From positions 32,001-96,000 of the forward strand of contig CAWHVC010000005.1 in the NCBI GenBank assembly GCA_963832745.1: DNA of 64,000 nt, given 5' to 3'. Source of the stretch: Candidatus Bathyarchaeota archaeon. Lineage in GTDB: Archaea; Thermoproteota; Bathyarchaeia; Bathyarchaeales; Bathycorpusculaceae. Position numbers and translations under genes: made by a program. Positions 48,896 through 58,020 of this stretch are shown here, one piece after another (within the stretch, counting starts at the first letter, position 1; every line of letters begins with the position of its first letter). The notes beneath the pieces are model-generated. The model saw only the letters and a list, made by a program, of their open reading frames with translations. It was not told the DNA's origin and made no database searches.

Positions 48896-49681
48896 TTGTA
48901 TCCATCTAATCGTCGAATTCTATCTCCAACTCTTAACTCCTGCGAGCAAGGAAAATACAAAGAGGCTTGGAGCGAAAATCTTGAACGAATTATTGCCCAA
49001 TCCCAAAACGAACTAAAAAATCACAGTGTTACTCCAGAAAATGCAGTTTTAACCCAAAAAGGCATTCAAGCGTCTTTGCCGTCTTCACTTGATAATAACG
49101 GACAATTCTCACCTACATCAAAAACAGCTAATTGCTGGAGCAAGAAGCAAAAAAGAGCCTACCACTGTGCAATATCAGGACTAAAAAGATGCAAAGCATT
49201 AGGCTACAAAGCATTCTTCCTAACACTCACCAGCTCACCAAAAACAAATCATCCAGACTTAAGAAAAGACTGGGACATACTTGTAAAGCGCATACGAAAG
49301 CTCTTTCCTAAATTCCAATACGTAAAAGTTGAAACATTCGAAGGCTATGGCGTCATTCATGCACTTTATCATCATGCTTTTGAAGACTGGAACTACAAAG
49401 ATATTCACCATTGGATAAGCAAAGCATGGTCAGATATTCATCAAGCACCTATAGTTTGGAATAGTGTTGTAGGTGAAGGTTGGTCAATCAAAAAAGTAGC
49501 TGGTTACCTCTGCCAATATATGAGTAGCCAACGAGGCTTTTTTAGACGTAGCACATCTTTAAACTGGATATTCGCTGGTTACAGGAAAAAATGGGTTTCT
49601 TTGATCAAGAAGTATGAATTTAGAAAAGCACTTCGTGCATGGAATTTTCTTTTGACGGTCCCTGCAATCTATACCACATAA
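48896..49681 (+). CDS. HUH-superfamily rolling-circle replication initiator (Rep)
   Basis: Motif I FLTLTS, motif II variant GVIHAL, motif III variant YLCQYM; start uncertain. Confidence 0.72.
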   Translation: MYPSNRRILSPTLNSCEQGKYKEAWSENLERIIAQSQNELKNHSVTPENAVLTQKGIQASLPSSLDNNGQFSPTSKTANCWSKKQKRAYHCAISGLKRCKALGYKAFFLTLTSSPKTNHPDLRKDWDILVKRIRKLFPKFQYVKVETFEGYGVIHALYHHAFEDWNYKDIHHWISKAWSDIHQAPIVWNSVVGEGWSIKKVAGYLCQYMSSQRGFFRRSTSLNWIFAGYRKKWVSLIKKYEFRKALRAWNFLLTVPAIYTT

Positions 49682-49809
49682 GAAACGTTTCTTAAAAAAT
49701 ATTTAGATGTACTTGGACCTAATAGGGCGATTTGATGATGGGTTGCATAACGATTATTGGCAAGATTTTATTAATAAAAAAATCCTAACTTGCTCTATTA
49801 GAATAGGTA

Positions 49810-51705
49810 ATGAAGTGCATTAAAATGAGCAATAACGATGAATTTAAATCAATCTACAAAGATCTTGAAGACAAAAATTACCCAGTTAGGCATCTAAAGA
49901 ATGTCGCCGATGTTTTTCAAAAAATCCGAGACCAAATGCATAAGGAAGGAAAAACAGATGAAGAAGCAAAGGCTCAGTGGGAAGTAGATGTCTTCAACTT
50001 AATGATCGATGCAAATATTGTTAAGCCTATGTTCGTTATGACAAATGAGAAAGGCGAAGAGATAATCTACCCGAATACGAGTGCATTTACCGAAAAAACA
50101 TATGAATATTTCATTGAAAGATTGGATTTGACTAATAATCCTCAACTTAGATCACGCTATGCTCACATACTTTGGCTAAGCCCAAAAAAACATGGAAAAT
50201 TTGCGCAAATAGCGATAGACGATTATTTGGAACTTGTTAAAATATATGAAAAAAAGGACATCGATGACCCATCTGGACTTTTTGGTTTAGATATTATCAA
50301 TTCAATCGAAAATGCTTTTGCATTGGCAACAAATATCGGTGACTTAACTCGGGTTAATACCCTAAAGAATGAGATTAAGCGATTAATCGTTAATTTCAAT
50401 CCAGTTAGCAAGTCTTTATTTGTTTTGAGGGCTCAATTGATTGATCTGATGTTTAAATATGGGAAGTTTTTTGTAAGCGAAGATTTTCAAGGACTAAATA
50501 ATTTATGCTTGAATTATGCCCAACAACTTCAGGATTGTCATCAATCGATTACCATTTTAGAGATAGGTGCTAAAATCGATCAAAAGCTTGGTAGCTCGAT
50601 TGCTAATTGGAAGCAACTAATCGCTGAATGCTTTGAAAAAATGATGATTGCTAATATTGAAAAAAATAAGCTCGCTGCACTTCATTTCTGCGAGTTAGCA
50701 CTAAAATATTATAGAGAAATCAAAAATACGTTAAAGATAAATGAATTAGAGAAAGTTTATGATCAATTAAAAAATGAAGCTGAATTTAAAGAAATTAGTG
50801 TTCCAATAGACCTTACGGACTACATTAAGCAATGTGAAGAGACTGCCAAGAAACTCTCTGGATTTTCAAGCGAAGACATAATCAAGTATCTCATTAGTGA
50901 ACCAACCTTATTACCGAAATACAAAGATGTTGAGAAATCAGCAATCGAAATAAGCAAAGGGCATTTTGCAAGTGTTATACCGCATACCGTATCAGACGAA
51001 AGAGGACATGTTGAACAGCATTTTAGTACTGATGACGAATTACGGGAATTCCAAACGCTCCAACATTATGATAGGACTCTACAAGTCCAGAGCATGCAGC
51101 TAGTAAATAGACTAATAATCGAAGCTGTAAAAGCAAAAAAACTTGGCTTTCAGTCAGCTATTACATTTTTTAGTAAATATTCATGGTTTGGGAAAACTCT
51201 CAAAAGGAAGAGTCAAAATAAAGATATCCAATATAATTGGCTTAACCTCCTAGCCCCTGCTATTCAAGAATACTTTGCTCAATTAGAATACTTTCTAGCA
51301 TCTGGAAAGCCTCCTCATTTCGTGCTTGCACTTGATTCTTTGGTTCTAAAAATTGAGGGGCTTATTCGAGATTTGTGCACATTATCTGGAGTAATAACTT
51401 TCGAACAGAAAATGGACAATAAGAACAGAATAATCTATCGCGAGAAAGACATAACGAAATTGTTACACGACGAAAAATTTGGAGCTTTGATTGGAGAGGA
51501 CGACCTGTTTTTATTAAAATTTGTCTTAACAGAGAAAGCAGGCTATAACCTTAGGCATAGAACAGCCCACTCACTATTGTTGTTCGAAGAATATACAATG
51601 TTTTACATGAATTTGTTATTCATGATATTGTTAAAACTAAGCAAATACGATCTTAAGAGTACTGAACAACCGATCAAAGATGTAAAGGAGACAGCGCCTG
51701 TCTAA
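49810..51705 (+). CDS. DUF4209-type protein with C-terminal HEPN-like R-x4-H motif
   Basis: 631 aa, AT-rich; LKIEGLIR and GYNLRHRTAHSLL. Confidence 0.75.
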   Translation: MKCIKMSNNDEFKSIYKDLEDKNYPVRHLKNVADVFQKIRDQMHKEGKTDEEAKAQWEVDVFNLMIDANIVKPMFVMTNEKGEEIIYPNTSAFTEKTYEYFIERLDLTNNPQLRSRYAHILWLSPKKHGKFAQIAIDDYLELVKIYEKKDIDDPSGLFGLDIINSIENAFALATNIGDLTRVNTLKNEIKRLIVNFNPVSKSLFVLRAQLIDLMFKYGKFFVSEDFQGLNNLCLNYAQQLQDCHQSITILEIGAKIDQKLGSSIANWKQLIAECFEKMMIANIEKNKLAALHFCELALKYYREIKNTLKINELEKVYDQLKNEAEFKEISVPIDLTDYIKQCEETAKKLSGFSSEDIIKYLISEPTLLPKYKDVEKSAIEISKGHFASVIPHTVSDERGHVEQHFSTDDELREFQTLQHYDRTLQVQSMQLVNRLIIEAVKAKKLGFQSAITFFSKYSWFGKTLKRKSQNKDIQYNWLNLLAPAIQEYFAQLEYFLASGKPPHFVLALDSLVLKIEGLIRDLCTLSGVITFEQKMDNKNRIIYREKDITKLLHDEKFGALIGEDDLFLLKFVLTEKAGYNLRHRTAHSLLLFEEYTMFYMNLLFMILLKLSKYDLKSTEQPIKDVKETAPV

Positions 51706-52039
51706 AACTGTGGGCTATCAAAACAAGTAGATCAGACGTATGCGCTCAGGGAGGAGTGCGGGGGGTACCCTTTAGGGTAGGGTCATCCGCTACGACAACC
51801 GAGGCGCTTAACCGTCGTCGCCCTGGAACGTCCGAGACGGCGATAGCCGTCCAACTTCTACTGAAGATGCTTTCAAACCTTTGTAAACCATGGACTTTGT
51901 TAATTTTTTTTCAGAAAAATCCAATCCAACATGCAGATAGCGATTTTTTATCAACCTAATATTATATCCAAAGTTAAGGAGTTGAAGTTTAACGGTTTTC
52001 CTAAAAAATACTAATGGAGGTGAAACGGCAAGTAGAGAA

Positions 52040-53150
52040 TGACTTGATTGTAGTAGTAAGAGAAATGTAAAGATGGCTTAAGAGAAACAAGCTTTGGTTC
52101 GTTTACGTTTTCTTTGTCGTGATTGTGGTTTTAGGTTTAGTGATTCTAAAGGCTTAAATCTAGACAGCCCCTCTATGGCGTTAGCCAATTATGCGCTGAA
52201 ATTGAGGCGAAAAAATTGGACACAGCAACAGAAACAAAACTGTTGCGGGTGAATCTAAAACTCAAAGCTGACGGAAAAATCCTTGAAAATGCTTGGTGGC
52301 TAAAGAAGAACGGTAGAAGCGAATCAACCATAGAAAGCAGAGTAAAACTGTTAAAGACGTGTTAAACGAGGCGCAAATCTCAATGACCCCGAAACCATCA
52401 AAGATGTAATAGCAATGCAAACGTGGAGGCAGGAAGAAAAAACAATGCTTCAGATGCCTACTCAGCATATCTAAAAATGGTGGGTGGCAAATGGGAAGCA
52501 CCACAATACAAAAAAATCCGTAAACTACCATTCATCCCCAAAGAAAACGAAATGACCACTCATAGCTGGAAGTAGCCCACGCATGGCAGTATTCCTACAG
52601 CTACTAAAAGAGACAGGCGCAAGATGTGGAGAAATCTGGCACTCAAATGGTAAGATATAGACTTCGAAAGCAAAGTAGTCAACATTACACCTGAAAAAAA
52701 CAGCAACCCAAGAGTGCTACATCTAAGCAACAAATTCTTGAAATGCTTACAAATCTACCAAAACGGTACGGTCAAAGAGTTTTCTCGCTACCAAAAATGC
52801 GAATAGATAACTTTGCAGTAAACTTCCAAAGACAACGAAAAAGAACTATCAACATAAATTGAAAAATCCACGGCTAATAAAAATTCACTTCCACACACTA
52901 CGCTATTGGAAAGGCACTATTCTATACCATCAGTATCGTTCAGAACATGTCTAGTCATGCAAAAGTTAGGTCACAAGAACATAGCAAACACACTCTTGTA
53001 TATCCAACTCGAAGAAGCACTGTTTCAAGGAGACTGCTAATACACTTCAAAAGTAGCTAAAACTGAAAAGGAAATATGCGCTTTAATCGAAGCAGGCTTT
53101 GAGTACGTCACCGATTTTCAGGGGAGCTAAAATCTTCAAAGAGGAAGTAA
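52040..53150 (+). CDS. tyrosine recombinase/integrase with N-terminal Zn-ribbon (heavily frameshifted)
   Basis: ETGARCGE, HFHTLR, LGHKNIANTLLY across frames; KDGLR...FLCRDCGFRF at the N-terminus; ggaggtga RBS at 52016; start approximate. Confidence 0.85.
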
Positions 53151-53210
53151 CAAGAGGAAAACCAAAAAAACAGAAACATCGCGAAGTACCCCCATACTAA
53201 TTGCTTATAT

Positions 53211-53296
53211 TGGTGCAGGGGGTGGGATTTAACCCACGAACCTCTAGAGGATAGGCTCTGAAGCCTACGCCTTTGACCATGCTCGGCGACCCCTGC
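53211..53296 (-). tRNA. tRNA-Leu (CAA or CAG; anticodon loop one base short as sequenced)
   Basis: GCAGGGG/CCCCTGC acceptor, A73, CCA, D-loop TGGTCAAA, variable arm CCTCTAGAGG, T-arm GTGGG/CCCAC. Confidence 0.88.
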
Positions 53297-53380
53297 ATGC
53301 ACCGCAGATAGGTTAGTACCCTTGAAGATAACTTTTACTGATAAATACGTTACCACCCCCACCGGGGGTTTGTTGCGTTT

Positions 53381-53441
53381 TAGCCAACCTATTTGGCGTC
53401 TATTAGGGTTCTAATAGAGGTTCTATGCAGAATGCCTGTAG
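53381..53441. repeat. dispersed 60-70 bp periodic palindromic element, copy 3
   Basis: tagccaacctatttggcgtctattagggttctaatagaggttctatgcag. Confidence 0.8.
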
Positions 53442-53589
53442 TGCAAAAAGCATGGAAAAATTTAAGACAAGGCGTAAGAAAACACGGTAAAAGTGTAAAT
53501 TTACGCTATTACCCTATTTCATGGTAAACAGCATTGTAAACAAACAGGCAATCTTACATTTTTTGTAAACGGCCACTTAGCGGCGATTC

Positions 53590-53800
53590 CGTAAAAGAAG
53601 CAAAAAACGGTGTTTTTACAGACTAACGCCAATTGCAGCATTCTAAAAGAACATCTCGATTATCTCGCACAACAAGGCCTAGTGGAAGAGAGTACTGAAA
53701 TTAAAAACACATAGTTTATGCTATTACTAAACGTGGTATAACTGTTCTAAATTACTTTGAAGAACTAAAAAAGGCCTTGCCAATATTAGAGGTAACATAA
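53590..53800 (+). pseudogene. ArnR1-like winged-helix regulator, fragmented (start approximate)
   Basis: TNANCSILKEHLDYLAQQGLVEE...VYAITKRGITVLNYFEELKKALP across frames. Confidence 0.6.
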
Positions 53801-53958
53801 CTCAATACTGAGCGCCACTTTAGTTTTTTAACCTTGGGCTAAGCATTTCTATTCAAAATTGGGTGACATTCTCTCTAAACTGTTAATTTTTTATCTTTAA
53901 TGTCGGAAGATTTTATATTAAATATCATTTATTAATACTCAAACATTAATTTAAATCA

Positions 53959-54405
53959 ATGTCGTTAGATAATTTAGACAGGGCGATAATAGAAGCCTTG
54001 AGTGTTGGTGTTTGTTCTTATGAAGATTTGGCGAAGCAGTGTGGTGTTACCCGTAACACTGTTTATAGGCGGATTATGTTGCTTGAAGAGAAAGGCGTTA
54101 TAACCAACAGGTTGAGTTGTGTTTTAAACTTTGGCAAATTGGGTATTTCTGTTGTTTTAGTTAGTTTAAAAGTTCCAGAAACGGATGTTAAATCTGTTGT
54201 TTCAGCGCTTGTGGCTTTTGAGTTTGTAAAGTTTGTTTGGCGTGCTTATGGCGAATTTAGCGTAGTTTTTGTTGCTTTTAGTGTTAAAGGATTTGAAGGG
54301 GAAATGATTAGTGAGTTACGACAGAAGTTAGAGGAACTTGGTATTGTTAGTTTTAATTTTTCTGTGGGGTATGAATGGGAGAAAGAGAATTATTCACCTT
54401 TTTAA
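53959..54405 (+). CDS. Lrp/AsnC family transcription regulator
   Basis: LDNLDRAII, LAKQCGVTRNTVYRRI..LEEKGVI, GEFSVV. Confidence 0.88.
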   Translation: MSLDNLDRAIIEALSVGVCSYEDLAKQCGVTRNTVYRRIMLLEEKGVITNRLSCVLNFGKLGISVVLVSLKVPETDVKSVVSALVAFEFVKFVWRAYGEFSVVFVAFSVKGFEGEMISELRQKLEELGIVSFNFSVGYEWEKENYSPF

Positions 54406-54517
54406 TTTTATGCATTTTAGGCAGATTGTCACTTCTTTGGAGCAACAAAGTGAATTATTCTTAAAGTTTTTATAGTAAAAACAGCTATACTCATTTCTTA
54501 AGAAAGGAGATTAAAGC

Positions 54518-54763
54518 TTGGAGCGTCAAGAAGCCGCTACTTTTTTAAAAACTATTTTGATTGAGTGTGAGTTATCCCCTGAAGAGTTTGTGATTTTAAA
54601 TCCTTTGCCTGGTGAAAAAGAGCTGGGAAAAGGGCATAGCATACTTATCAAAGGTATGATGGCACCTGAGTGCAGGAAAAAAATTGATGCGCTGATAGGA
54701 AAGAGTGGTCTAAGCTTATTCCAGAATGAGGAAGGATTAATGATTTATCGTGCAAGAGTTTAA
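54518..54763 (+). CDS. small hypothetical protein
   Basis: 81 aa; aggag RBS. Confidence 0.65.
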   Translation: MERQEAATFLKTILIECELSPEEFVILNPLPGEKELGKGHSILIKGMMAPECRKKIDALIGKSGLSLFQNEEGLMIYRARV

Positions 54764-55179
54764 TAAATTTTTTAAAAAGTGTATCCACGGTGTAAACAGG
54801 TTAATGTTCTATGCTAAAGTAATTATTTTCTAATGTTTTAACCGGATTTTCATTTGCGCTATTGCATTTTAGGGCATTTAACCGTGAGCAAGGGCTTCCT
54901 TTCGGTACAAACATGAAGCGTTTTGTTAAGAAGATTTGTTGGCGCTATTTTGTTACAACAATTAGAGATAACTACTGAAAATATTGATTAAAATAAATAA
55001 GGAATTATTAAAATAAAAATTATTTTGTTTGTTAATTTCAATTTAAATTGTTAACAATTTATTCAAGGCTAATTTGAATTGAACAATGGCTTGATAAATT
55101 GTTCGATGGTAGCGCTGTATCGGGGCAGTTTACATGTAGGCTATATCGGAGACTTTCAACATTATTTTAATGTATTAAG

Positions 55180-55452
55180 TTAAGGTATGTCGTCTTGAGC
55201 CATAACTTGGATGTTTATTTCGATTGTTTTTGAAAAGTAGTCTCCTGAAACATCCACACTATAGCGGCTTTCTAATTCTGCAATTGCATTGTTAATGTGT
55301 TTGTTGAAGATTTTGGCGATTTGTTTTCTTTCAGGAGAAAGTGACTTTATATCTCCAGGTGGATTCATCTTTTCTATATTAACGCAAGTTTGCTTAAAAT
55401 AATTTAGTAGTTTAACTGACCTCTCTGCTGTTGGTATTGTTTGTTTCTGCAA
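55180..55452 (-). CDS. hypothetical protein
   Basis: 90 aa ORF. Confidence 0.4.
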   Translation of the reverse strand: MQKQTIPTAERSVKLLNYFKQTCVNIEKMNPPGDIKSLSPERKQIAKIFNKHINNAIAELESRYSVDVSGDYFSKTIEINIQVMAQDDIP

Positions 55453-55499
55453 AGAGTTTATTGCCTGTCATTGTTTTAGGTGGTTCTGTTGTGAGCTTG

Positions 55500-55758
55500 A
55501 TGGGTAAAACTGTTCCGACATACAGGCATGTGATTGAGGGTGAGTTGAAACGGCTGCGATCTTGTGTTGATTGGTAAGTGAGTAGATAAGGCGGCGTTTG
55601 AGGAATTAGCCGATATGTGCCGTAATAATGCCATGGCTGGGAGCGCTGCCTGTAACCCTATTTTGTTTGAGCCCATGGTTATGTCGATGTTGCTTGGGCA
55701 ACAAAAAAGATTAAGCAAGCTTGAAAAGCCAATGAAAGAAGACAGCAACTTTAGGTAA
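55500..55758 (+). CDS. small conserved archaeal helical protein (frameshifted)
   Basis: MGKTVPTYRHVIE...DKAAFEELADMCRNNAMAGSAACNPILFEPMVMSMLLGQQKR. Confidence 0.6.
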
Positions 55759-55975
55759 AAGTAATTCTAAACACCAATTGTTTAAGGGATGAAAAAATTA
55801 GCGTTTTAAACGCTTGACTATAGGGCAGAAAGAACATTCATAACCGGTTTATAATTCTTTACAAGACAAGACGTCCCCAACCCCTTCTTGTCTTTAGTGC
55901 AATTAAGCAACTGTCCCTGATGAAACTAAGAAAAAAGGTAAAAACAAATAAACCATTCTAAACTATTTAATCAGC

Positions 55976-57433
55976 ATGTCTTCCCAAAAGAATTTGGCGA
56001 CAGAGGAATTTTTTTTAATCAAAACTGGTGCTTTAGACCAAATCAAAGACATCATTTTAGCAGTTGATAACCAAAACAACATTATCTACATAAAACAAGG
56101 CAGCAGCGAAATACTACAACATAGACAAAAAAAAAGCAACCAATCTTGAATTAACCAAATTATACCAAATGCAATGGTTTAATCAGAATGATGAACATGA
56201 AGCAAACATATCTCTTAAAGAAAATGGCTACTGGGAAGGCACAAACATTCAGCTATCGCCCGATGGCTCAAAGAAAGCTGTCGAATCCATCGTTAATGTA
56301 ATCAAAGATGAATCAGGCAAAAAAGTTGGTTTGCTCACAATAACTCGAGACATAACAAAAAGAGTCAATGTTGATGAATGGTTATTTGAAAGCAACCAGC
56401 GTCTAAATTACGCTCTGAAGCTGCACGTATCATGGTTTACGAAATTGACAATTTTACCCATAGAGTTATTATCGTTAGGGGCTTAGAGGAGCTTCTCGGA
56501 TACGCAATCGGTGAAGTACCCTCGACAATTGACTGGTGGATTTCTCAAATTCACCCCGATGACATCTCAAAAGCTCAAGAGCAATTTTACCCTACAAAAT
56601 CAATTGACGGCTTAGTCAACCAGTATCGTGTCAAACATAAAGACGACGGCTACATTGTTGTTGAAGGTATCGCCAAAGTTCTAAAGGATAAGTCTGGAAA
56701 AACTACAAAACACATCGGCAGTATGCAAAACATAACCGAAAGCAAAAAACTAGAGAAAATGCTTCAAGAAAAGAACGCTTAGCCACCATCGGGGTTACAG
56801 CAGGCATGGTTGGGCATGATATACGCAATCCACTGCAAGCTATGATTAGTGACGTTTATTTGCTCAAGGATGAGTTAGCTTCAATGCCTAAATGCCCTAC
56901 AAAAGAGGGCGTTAATGAAAGCATCATTAGCTTAGAGAAAAACATTGGTTACATCAACAAGATTGTTGCTGACCTCCAAGATTATGCTAAACCAGTAAAT
57001 CCTCAATGTTCTGAGATGAACATTTACGAATTAGCCAAAGATGTTTTAGAATCAGTTAATTTACCTGACAACTTGACCCTTTCCGTTAACATTGGCAAGT
57101 CTCTTACAATTATTAGCGACCCCATGCTTTTAAGACGTATTCTAACAAATTTGATTACAAATGGTATTCAAGCCATGCCTAAAGGAGGCCAACTTACAAT
57201 TGTAGCTTATGACGAAGAAAAACACTTTTAATTAAAGTTGTGGATACGGTATTGGAATCCCTGAAGATGTTAAGCCAAAACTGTTCACGCCGATGATGAC
57301 CACGAAATCCAAAGGGCAAGGCTTGGGGCTAGTTGTTGTCAAAAAGTTTGTAGAAGCATTAGAGGGCTCGATTAATTTTGAGAGCAAAGAAGGGCATGGA
57401 ACAAAATTTACTATACTGCTTCCCAAGAAATAA
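55976..57433 (+). CDS. PAS-PAS sensor histidine kinase (frameshifted)
   Basis: PAC motifs RDIT and IHPDD; H-box GHDIRNPL, N-box NLITNGIQA, DTGIGI, KGQGLGL across frames. Confidence 0.85.
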
Positions 57434-57810
57434 CAAGAAAAACCAATATGTGCAAGTTGTTTGTAAATAGCTTGGGGGCTGATATGCAGTCCCTTAGTCA
57501 TGGGTAGGTTGTTGGGCGACAATAAACTTGGCTGCTCGGTTGAAAGAAAACTAGACAGGGCATTAATGCAAGTGAAAAACCTAAATTATCCTTTAAAAGT
57601 GTTATAAGCGGTTCTTATCCGTGTGCTAACATAGATAGGATTTAGCAAAAAGTCTGGGGTGCCTCCATTTCTTGTTAACAGATAAAACGCTTAAGCCCAA
57701 ATGCACAGATGTATCCTCAATTCAAGAAATCAAGGAATTAGGATAAAAAATGATGTTGTCACAGCCTGAAGTCACAAGTCCTATGTTTTCAATAGCATAA
57801 TTAATTACTT

Positions 57811-57833
57811 AATGTAGCAATTGTTGCTACATT
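57811..57833. promoter_or_regulatory. 10-bp perfect inverted repeat
   Basis: aatgtagcaa-ttg-ttgctacatt. Confidence 0.45.
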
Positions 57834-57891
57834 TTTGCAGCCACAAAATACTATATTTCGTAAATGGTTTTATGCTTGAAAAGTGATATGT

Positions 57892-58020
57892 ATGATTGAC
57901 CTTCAGTTAAATGTCCAAAATGTAAGAAAGAATAGAGAACCCTTATCAGCTACGGCAACACCGAATGCAGTACCATAAAACTCTGGGAATGGAATATATG
58001 AATCTATCAATGGCAAAATA
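57892..58020 (+). CDS. tiny C2H2 zinc-finger protein (frameshifted, not in track)
   Basis: CPKC-x12-HRMQYH when one indel is repaired; start uncertain. Confidence 0.5.

Larger units (their letters stand above)
48791..53235. mobile_element. approx. 4.4 kb integrated rolling-circle plasmid/virus-like element at tRNA-Leu
   Basis: Flanking att repeats, tyrosine integrase abutting the tRNA, HUH Rep and a cargo gene. Confidence 0.8.

Noticed and set aside
52040-52200. IS1-family insertion sequence
   Set aside because: No DDE domain or terminal inverted repeats; the Zn-ribbon leads into a tyrosine integrase.
53245-53270. TCA in the anticodon loop read as tRNA-Sec or opal suppressor
   Set aside because: 7-bp acceptor, A73 and Leu-type D and variable arms; centring TCA breaks the stem; a one-base deletion in a Leu loop is simpler.
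53108-53362. 84-aa minus-strand ORF
   Set aside because: Overlaps the tRNA-Leu gene.
55863-55894. aagacaaga...tcttgtctt hairpin with C-rich loop as a riboswitch
   Set aside because: A single short stem with no recognisable aptamer; not supportable without a covariance search.
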